Translations under genes and position numbers: made by a program
Part shown: piece by piece, positions 57,465 to 64,000 of the stretch
How the letters are laid out: each line of letters begins with the position of its first letter
How positions within the stretch are numbered: position 1 is the first letter of the stretch
IMG/VR virus record: IMGVR_UViG_3300013131_000021
Origin: a virus
DNA length: 64,000 bases
Strand: one strand, 5' to 3'
The notes under the pieces: generated by a model
The model's database searches: none
What the model was told of the DNA's origin: nothing
What the model saw: only the letters and a program-made list of their open reading frames with translations

Positions 57465-58374
57465 TTGTTGGCACTGGCATCTTAAAATAAGTGTCGTTTA
57501 AATTCATTGTTTCATTATACAGATCTAGAGTAAATTTACTTTGCTGTGCATCAAGAAACGGCCAGTCTAGTCCTAGACCAATTTTTATTTTTTCGCCTAG
57601 ATTTTTAATCTCATCTATTAGTCCGTTGCCATTTACATCTTCATAAGGTTTACCGTATTGAGAATAAATGTCTCTAAGGATTTCAAAGTCTCGAACATCA
57701 ACATAATTCCATTGTGTGCAATTAGTCATCCATGTGCCTAATCTAGCACCATACACAGCATAAATTCCGTTTTCTTCGTGGACACCGACTGTTGACCACA
57801 TACGCAGTCTATGGATATTATGCCACCATATACGTTCTTTGATTTCCATAGACGGAATTTTTACTCCGTCCAGTAATGTCATTTTCACTCCTTCACGAAA
57901 TCCTGCTCGCCATGCCTGAAACGGAGATCCTGTAATAACACTTTCACTAAACGTTAATGGAAAATTTCTATATCCATCTTCCCAACAGAAGTCTACCTGG
58001 CCTCGATCGCTGTCTGAGTTTTCATGTGTTCGCATGTTTAGAACAAAATCTTTACGCCAGATTTTTAATCCGCCATTGCCGTAGCGCAGACCGTTAATTA
58101 CATTCCAGCCGCACCAACCATAGACCTGTATCTTAGGATCTGTCATGTCTAGATCGATATTAAAAAATCTAGGATCAACAATATTATCAGCATCTACTGT
58201 AATAAACCAATCTGTTTCTGAAAGTTCTGCTGCTGCTTTGTGTGCATGATCTGATCCTTTTATGCCATGAATTCTTTTAGCCCAAGGAACTTTTGTACAT
58301 AAATCAGCATAATGAACGTCTGCATTAGGTTCATCGTAGCTTAAAAATATAACATCAAATTCTATAATTTTCAT
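57457..58374 (-). CDS. GT-A-like glycosyltransferase, paralogue of the terminal module of 55533-57464
   Basis: FLSYDEPNAD, HGIKGSD.AH, TVDADN (DxD), YGNGGLK, AWRAGFRE. Confidence 0.65.
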   Translation of the reverse strand: MKIIEFDVIFLSYDEPNADVHYADLCTKVPWAKRIHGIKGSDHAHKAAAELSETDWFITVDADNIVDPRFFNIDLDMTDPKIQVYGWCGWNVINGLRYGNGGLKIWRKDFVLNMRTHENSDSDRGQVDFCWEDGYRNFPLTFSESVITGSPFQAWRAGFREGVKMTLLDGVKIPSMEIKERIWWHNIHRLRMWSTVGVHEENGIYAVYGARLGTWMTNCTQWNYVDVRDFEILRDIYSQYGKPYEDVNGNGLIDEIKNLGEKIKIGLGLDWPFLDAQQSKFTLDLYNETMNLNDTYFKMPVPTNV

Positions 58375-58985
58375 TTGTATTCTATTATATAATTTTTAAA
58401 TAAACGTCTAGTATAAACACTGAAGTTTTCGTATGCAAAAGGAAAAGTTTTATAATTTCCTATTAACTCATTAATAGTGCAATATATAACTTGATAAGGT
58501 ACATTAGGATCATTATAATCTGTTATATAAAATATCATATTTGTATCTCCCGACCATATAATATTTCTTTTTTTATAAGGTTCTATGGGATCTTTAGTTC
58601 CACCTATTTCTTTTGATAATTCTATTTTTAAAAGATTTTTTTTCTTATGATGAGAAATATACACATCGGCATTTTTACAATCTGAAAATTTTAAAATTGG
58701 TACTCTATGTAAAACATCATCAATCTTATAAACAGATCTCGTTTGAGATATTTCTAGTGTATTTGAATTTATATCTACTACACAAGAATTGATCTGTATT
58801 TCCGATTTAATAATCGATTCGGCTAAATCGGCATCAATTGGAATCTTATGTTTTTCATTTTCAAAAGCATGAGCCGGCCCAACACTTTTAACTTTACCTG
58901 TTTCAAAGTTAAAAACTGCTACATATTCAACAGGAGGTAATTGCAAATTACTGATCCATTGATCAAAATCTTTTATTTCTTCCAT
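58371..58985 (-). CDS. Hypothetical protein
   Basis: 204-aa coupled ORF within the GT block. Confidence 0.55.
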   Translation of the reverse strand: MEEIKDFDQWISNLQLPPVEYVAVFNFETGKVKSVGPAHAFENEKHKIPIDADLAESIIKSEIQINSCVVDINSNTLEISQTRSVYKIDDVLHRVPILKFSDCKNADVYISHHKKKNLLKIELSKEIGGTKDPIEPYKKRNIIWSGDTNMIFYITDYNDPNVPYQVIYCTINELIGNYKTFPFAYENFSVYTRRLFKNYIIEYK

Positions 58986-59809
58986 AATATTTTCTCTAAG
59001 ATATGAATCATTTCTTCAGTAATTTTATTTTTTTCTACGTAATGAAAAATGTCTGACTGCTGATAATTTCCTATTTTTAATTGTCCTTTTTTATTGAAAT
59101 AAAATCCTACATGATCGCTCCAACAATCAGACGGCCACGGCCAGCATTGTATCATTGGTTTCATATGTACTATTCTTGGAAATTCTAAAGGATATGCTAT
59201 TTCGTCTTCGATTCCTAATATTTTTGCACTCAGAGCAAATGCCTCGTCAGTTCCCATTATTTTTGGTTTATATTCTGATAAAAATAAATTAGTAAATTCT
59301 ATTGGATTATTAGTTATGTCTCTTGCTAGATCAAAAAATTTATTTGCTAATTTACTGTCCTTTTTATAAAAGGTAAACATAGAATATAAATTTGGTAAAT
59401 TGTTTTTTATAAATGCTTTTCTATAGTAAGGATCATAAATTAATTCTCCCCTATATGTATAACATTTATTAGCAACATATAATTCACAATTCTCAAGAAA
59501 ATAATCTATCCAATGACTATAATCTCTTAAAAAAAGCATGTCTACATCAAGACATATTGTAGCGTCAAATGGACTTAATTGATCCATCCAACTTCTTCCA
59601 TTCCATCCGATTTGTTCATTCCACTCTATTATATGATCAAACACCCAATGACTTTTTAATTTTATATTTGCTTTTTTATCTATTATTAAAGCGACCTGAT
59701 CATATCCAGGTCTCTGGGTATTTTTAATACTTAGAGCCAGTGCATATGCTAATTTTAAATAATCTGTATTTTCGTTAGATGAAACTACTAGTAAATATCC
59801 GAATTTCAT
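58973..59809 (-). CDS. GT-A glycosyltransferase (GT8-like)
   Basis: YLKLAYALALS, SPFDATICLDVD (DxD), GTDEAF, HMK, FHYVEK. Confidence 0.7.
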   Translation of the reverse strand: MKFGYLLVVSSNENTDYLKLAYALALSIKNTQRPGYDQVALIIDKKANIKLKSHWVFDHIIEWNEQIGWNGRSWMDQLSPFDATICLDVDMLFLRDYSHWIDYFLENCELYVANKCYTYRGELIYDPYYRKAFIKNNLPNLYSMFTFYKKDSKLANKFFDLARDITNNPIEFTNLFLSEYKPKIMGTDEAFALSAKILGIEDEIAYPLEFPRIVHMKPMIQCWPWPSDCWSDHVGFYFNKKGQLKIGNYQQSDIFHYVEKNKITEEMIHILEKILWKK

Positions 59810-60666
59810 ATTAATTTCAATAACTTATCTTTATTTCTGACTATACTTTGCTTGTTCATTATATGAATATCAACTCCCGATATAGATGCTAGACAATAAT
59901 CTGAATCTAATCTTGGCGTTATCAACGCTTGTAAATTATTTGATTTTACATCAAATAATATATCTTTATCTAATAATGTCAAAATTGGAGGTAAATCTCC
60001 TGATTGACTTTCTTCAAATCCATTTAATATGTGTTTGGCTATACTAAAAGCAATATCATTTCTATACTGTCTCTCATCAAATCTAAAAGTGTCTGCAAAA
60101 TATTGATAATTGTTTTTTATAGTGTTTACTAGATCAAAAAATATTTTACTATTTTGATTCTTAGTGAACATCACAGTTGTAGCCCAATACAATTTAACCC
60201 CGACATCTGAAATGAACTTATCGTGATATCCCAACCTTGAATCCGCATATATGTCATTGATCGAATTTCCTAACATTACATCTATTTCAACATTCCAATA
60301 TTGAGATAATCTGTTTGAAAATATTAAAAAATCGCTGTCTATTAATAATGTACGATCGTAAGGAGTTAGATCCCAAGCAGAGCATCTATTTGTATTAATA
60401 AAAGAAACAGTTTCATTATCGGTTCCATCATATAATCTTCTACTATTATAATCGTCGGGTCTTTCGACGACAATGATATTTTCAAATGTATCTTTTGTTT
60501 GTTCGTATATGTTTGAAAGTTTCATCCATTCTATTGTCGACGTATCTGTAACTATCGAAACAGGCACATTTAAATTTTTCTTGGCTAAATTTGCTGATAT
60601 TAGAGAAATTACCGCATAATCTAAAGATTTGCTATTATGTGCATATATGAGAATACCTTTTTTCAT
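59806..60666 (-). CDS. GT-A glycosyltransferase (GT8-like), paralogue of 58973-59809
   Basis: TPYDRTLLIDSD (DxD), WATTVMF, RNDIAFS, HIMNK. Confidence 0.7.
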   Translation of the reverse strand: MKKGILIYAHNSKSLDYAVISLISANLAKKNLNVPVSIVTDTSTIEWMKLSNIYEQTKDTFENIIVVERPDDYNSRRLYDGTDNETVSFINTNRCSAWDLTPYDRTLLIDSDFLIFSNRLSQYWNVEIDVMLGNSINDIYADSRLGYHDKFISDVGVKLYWATTVMFTKNQNSKIFFDLVNTIKNNYQYFADTFRFDERQYRNDIAFSIAKHILNGFEESQSGDLPPILTLLDKDILFDVKSNNLQALITPRLDSDYCLASISGVDIHIMNKQSIVRNKDKLLKLI

Positions 60667-61013
60667 TATTCTACTAACGTTTCTACTGATCTACTTTTTT
60701 TAAGTTTTTGATTTTCTTCGAAGTATTCGTATGTCACTTCAAAATACCTACTGGAAATTTCTTCTTTAAATGAAATCAAATTATCTATAAGAACTGGATT
60801 TTTATTTGAATCAAGCAACACTACACCGGAAATCCGATTATTATTGCATAGCATGTCTACAAAAGATAACAGATTGGTATCTATATAAAACATACCTCCG
60901 TTAAATCCAAAAGTTAATTTAGATTCGCATTTTTCTTTAAGGATTTTTTTTTGAATTGAAAAGGTGTGTTGATAGTTTGAAAACTCTAAGGCTTTCTTTA
61001 ATTGCTCTTGCAC
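60666..61013 (-). CDS. Hypothetical protein
   Basis: GTG start with AAGGAG RBS; TAAATA at 61041-61046 (- strand) upstream. Confidence 0.6.
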   Translation of the reverse strand: MQEQLKKALEFSNYQHTFSIQKKILKEKCESKLTFGFNGGMFYIDTNLLSFVDMLCNNNRISGVVLLDSNKNPVLIDNLISFKEEISSRYFEVTYEYFEENQKLKKSRSVETLVE

Positions 61014-61073
61014 GGTTTCTCCTTAATTATATACGCAGATTATTTAGCGTAGCATAATTATGAGGAAAAATTA

Positions 61074-62090
61074 TTATGGTGCTATAGCACTTAGCGTTAT
61101 GGTTGGAATAGAGACAGTGAAATTTCCTGTGCCTGAAGGTACTAATACTCCAGATGCATAGGTAATTGTAAGTGAAGTTGTAAATAAACCATCTACTTGA
61201 TCAATTGGCGGTATAGTCGATGGAGTATGTGGAGGTACTGCTGGATCAATATAGTTATCAACAAATTCTACTCGTATTTCGCCCGACTTTGATGTTCCAG
61301 TGCTATTACCAGCGACATCAGTAACTCTGGCTAATAATCTATAACTGTTTGATCCGTACGGACTTGATCCTGACCTAGAATAGTATTGCTGAAAACTATT
61401 AGTGCATCTATACCAATTAGTTCCGTCATTTGGAGATGTTCCTGTACCTGGATTATTTCCGCCGAAACTCTGAGAACCGGCACCACTTAAAATTGTTGTC
61501 CACTGGGTTGCCTGAGATGTACCTAATGACCCTCCACTTCTGCTGCTGGCTATGTTAATCTGGCCACCACTGTTAAAAAAATGTCTAGCGGCATTAGCAG
61601 TTGCGAATGTAAAACCTACAGTACATTGAATTTTAGTATTCCATGTAGCGCCATATGGGCCCGCGGGTGTGCCCGGAGGAGGGGTTGGACCTGGCCAATT
61701 TGTTGAAGTAGTGTAAGGATTCCCCGATATTGGATCTGTTGAATTTATAGAAGATTGTCCTACACCCACATTAAATCTATTACTTACTAAATTATTAGCT
61801 AATGTATCATAAGTTGTAACCGGAGCATCGACAGCACTGAATCGTATTCTACCGCCTTCGGATATGGTTACAGTTGCCGGTGTGGTTCCATTTTGATGTA
61901 CATATGCGTTAATTATATCATATCTTAAATTAGCCCATTCGTTTATACTGACCTTGTTGCCTACGGCCACTGCTGTACTAAGAATAGTTTGTCCATACCC
62001 AGAATTTCCAGAACCGACACTCATTACACCAATAACTTTATTTCTTATTGAGTTGTAATCTGCTTCTTTAATGATATCATTTACAGCCAT
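61074..62090 (-). CDS. Virion structural protein (Gly/Ser/Thr-rich)
   Basis: ARHFFNSGGQI motif; TAAATA at 62115-62120 (- strand) upstream; paralogue of 62126-63043. Confidence 0.6.
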   Translation of the reverse strand: MAVNDIIKEADYNSIRNKVIGVMSVGSGNSGYGQTILSTAVAVGNKVSINEWANLRYDIINAYVHQNGTTPATVTISEGGRIRFSAVDAPVTTYDTLANNLVSNRFNVGVGQSSINSTDPISGNPYTTSTNWPGPTPPPGTPAGPYGATWNTKIQCTVGFTFATANAARHFFNSGGQINIASSRSGGSLGTSQATQWTTILSGAGSQSFGGNNPGTGTSPNDGTNWYRCTNSFQQYYSRSGSSPYGSNSYRLLARVTDVAGNSTGTSKSGEIRVEFVDNYIDPAVPPHTPSTIPPIDQVDGLFTTSLTITYASGVLVPSGTGNFTVSIPTITLSAIAP

Positions 62091-62125
62091 TTAGTCCTCT
62101 GATTTACAAAGTTGTATTTAAACTT

Positions 62126-63043
62126 TTAAGTAGTGGTGATGCTTGAAAGAGAATAGCTAGGACTTGTAATCGCGAATGTTCCAGAAGGTACCATAGTTCC
62201 GGATGCTTTCAATTCAGATACTGAGATAGTTAAAGTTCCGTCTACTTGGTCTATTGGTAATACCGTCGATGGTGTATGAGGTGCTACGGCTGGGTCGACA
62301 TATAAATCCGATAATGTAATTCTCAAATACACTGTTGTGGCTGTACCTGACGAGTTATTTACAACATTACATCTAGCCTGTAATCTATAATTATTCGATG
62401 AATACGGAGTACTCAAATTAATTTGATAATACGTTTGATAACTATTAGTTAGTGTATAAAAATTAATAGACGGATCTGTGTCAGAACCAAAAGATCTAGA
62501 TCCCGATGTATTAAGTATATTTTTCCACGCATTTACTTGTGAGGTAGGTGATCCGCCTGTTATAGATGATATTACATTAATCTTACCACCGCTATTAAAA
62601 AAGTATCTAGCAAGATCTGATGATGCGAATGTAGCTGTTAATTCACATTGGGCAAGATTGGTCCATGTAGCCGATGTTGTAGCAGAACTTATCGAAGATA
62701 CTACAGATTGACTAGCTGCTATTACAAACTTGTTAGTAATGGCTGTTTCTAATAACGTGTCATAACTTACTATCGGATAACTAGCTCCATAACCGATTAA
62801 ATCACCAGATTGTACTTCTTGGACAGTCGGCACAATACCAGTCTGATGATATCTTATATTAATAATATCATATCTCAAAGCATCCCATTGTGCTTTGGTG
62901 ATTTGATTTCCTGTGAAGACATCAGCAGACTGAACAGTCTGACCATATCCTCTGGTTGTAGATCCGGAACCTAATAAAGACTCGGCTTTATTTTGTAGAG
63001 TTACAAAATCAGAAGCTAATATTTGAGAACCTGAACTGGGCAT
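62126..63043 (-). CDS. Virion structural protein (Gly/Ser/Thr-rich)
   Basis: W..LRYDIIN, ARYFFNSGGKI, LYVDPAVAPHTPST..PIDQVDG shared with 61074-62090. Confidence 0.6.
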   Translation of the reverse strand: MPSSGSQILASDFVTLQNKAESLLGSGSTTRGYGQTVQSADVFTGNQITKAQWDALRYDIINIRYHQTGIVPTVQEVQSGDLIGYGASYPIVSYDTLLETAITNKFVIAASQSVVSSISSATTSATWTNLAQCELTATFASSDLARYFFNSGGKINVISSITGGSPTSQVNAWKNILNTSGSRSFGSDTDPSINFYTLTNSYQTYYQINLSTPYSSNNYRLQARCNVVNNSSGTATTVYLRITLSDLYVDPAVAPHTPSTVLPIDQVDGTLTISVSELKASGTMVPSGTFAITSPSYSLSSITTT

Positions 63044-63045
63044 AA

Positions 63046-64000
63046 TTATAAAATTACTGCTTCAATTAATTTTTCGTCGATGTTATCGCTAGATTCTAAA
63101 GCAATAGCAAAAACATCGCTGGAATGATGAACCGCTGCTACAGCGCACCCATCGGTTGAAGCAATTAATTTGTCTCCTTTCTTAATAACTCCAAATACCC
63201 TTACAGGCACCCTACCTTTAAGAGCTACATATACACCACCCTCGAGATCTTTATTCATCATAAAGGCTGGATTTTGACTTATAGCACCTATAGCTCGTTG
63301 CCCCCAAGTGCTTGCTGTTATTTCTTTATCACCACCGATCACTACAACAGTACCTACAGGATATTCCTTATCTGATAGATACTTTTCAGCAAGGTCGGCA
63401 TATTTTGCAGCCGTTGCTGTACCGTCAAAAATATTAGCTAATAAATTTCCACTTGCATCACGAGCTGCAATAGTATAAGCAGTTTTAGTAGTTTTTGCTG
63501 ATCTATATTGTGTACTTGCTGTTGCACCATTCCAAGCCGGATCAGTAGCAGCATCATTGATTCTCATTCTATCAGTTTTATCTGAGATCCCTATAAACTG
63601 ATTGGCATATATATTTCCGCTGGTATCTCTCACCGGTATAGTAGCCACTGCTGTTCCTGGAATAGCGATAGACGGATCAAGATCGTTTAATTTACTAGCG
63701 TTTGTTGCAGTAGCAGACGACCCAGTAACCGAGCCTGTAAGAGTTCCGACTAAGTTTGCCCCAGCATATCCAATCTGCTTAGTTGTTGCGTTTATCATAA
63801 CAGTATTGTCTGAAGCTAAAAGATTGCCTGTATGTATACCGTTAGTATTTCCTGTTACGTTTCCAGCTAAATTACCTGTGAACAAACTTGCATAAACATT
63901 GTTCCATTTAGAGTTTGTAGCGCCTAGAGAGTAGACATTGTCATTTCCCGGTACTAGACCATTGCTTGTTATAACAGCTATATCTCTTTCATCACTAGTT
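63046..64000 (-). CDS. Tail fibre / virion protein, C-terminal part (frame is open to the right edge)
   Basis: RDASGNL repeats and a terminal ADLAEKY...GTVV.IGG..EIT...AL.GRVPV domain; no stop between 63885 and 64000. Confidence 0.65.
   Translation of the reverse strand, partial: TSDERDIAVITSNGLVPGNDNVYSLGATNSKWNNVYASLFTGNLAGNVTGNTNGIHTGNLLASDNTVMINATTKQIGYAGANLVGTLTGSVTGSSATATNASKLNDLDPSIAIPGTAVATIPVRDTSGNIYANQFIGISDKTDRMRINDAATDPAWNGATASTQYRSAKTTKTAYTIAARDASGNLLANIFDGTATAAKYADLAEKYLSDKEYPVGTVVVIGGDKEITASTWGQRAIGAISQNPAFMMNKDLEGGVYVALKGRVPVRVFGVIKKGDKLIASTDGCAVAAVHHSSDVFAIALESSDNIDEKLIEAVIL

Noticed and set aside
1328-63895. Numerous 60-170-aa ORFs antisense to or nested in well-supported genes (e.g. 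26661-27170, 30597-31001, 18448-18822, 37869-38294)
   Set aside because: They lack RBSs and motifs and are explained by codon bias on the coding strand.
1-64000. CRISPR array, tRNA or rRNA genes
   Set aside because: No regularly spaced repeat-spacer units or cloverleaf/T-loop patterns were seen; intergenic gaps are mostly too short. A tRNAscan/CRT run would be needed for certainty.
1-64000. Stop-codon reassignment, as occurs in some large phages
   Set aside because: Long conserved genes are intact in the standard code, and TAA, TGA and TAG all end coupled genes.

Overview
64-kb segment of a large T4-like (myovirus-type, probably jumbo) dsDNA phage. The host is probably Gram-negative, since the window encodes a GH19 endolysin plus two-component spanins. 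It uses the standard genetic code, is densely coding, and shows no tRNA, rRNA or CRISPR array. Layout: + strand tail/baseplate genes (1-5.8 kb); a DnaE fragment, GroES, MazG-like protein, clamp loader, ferredoxin and dCMP deaminase; an inverted phoH; a lysis cassette (12.6-15.4 kb); DnaJ-def-ClpA; a 7.4-kb run of mosaic proteins with T4-like capsid-targeting N-termini and x-x-E module boundaries (20.2-27.7 kb); PolB and sliding clamp; a 7-deazaguanine DNA-modification region (DpdA-like transglycosylase, DpdL-motif T-fold protein, FolE, QueE) interleaved with a GT-B glycosyltransferase, an NDP-sugar epimerase, an MBD4-like glycosylase, a PRTase, a HIT protein and an inserted GIY-YIG endonuclease (32.3-45.2 kb); RNase H and small genes; then a convergent - strand block of radical SAM enzymes, glycosyltransferases and virion proteins (49.5-64 kb). 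Best candidates for undescribed biology: (1) a possibly glycosylated or otherwise novel 7-deazaguanine hypermodification; (2) protease-processed, capsid-packaged polyproteins carrying enzyme cargo; (3) the radical SAM/GT array; (4) RNA hairpins controlling PolB and late genes. All product calls come from motif recognition by eye; no database search was run.
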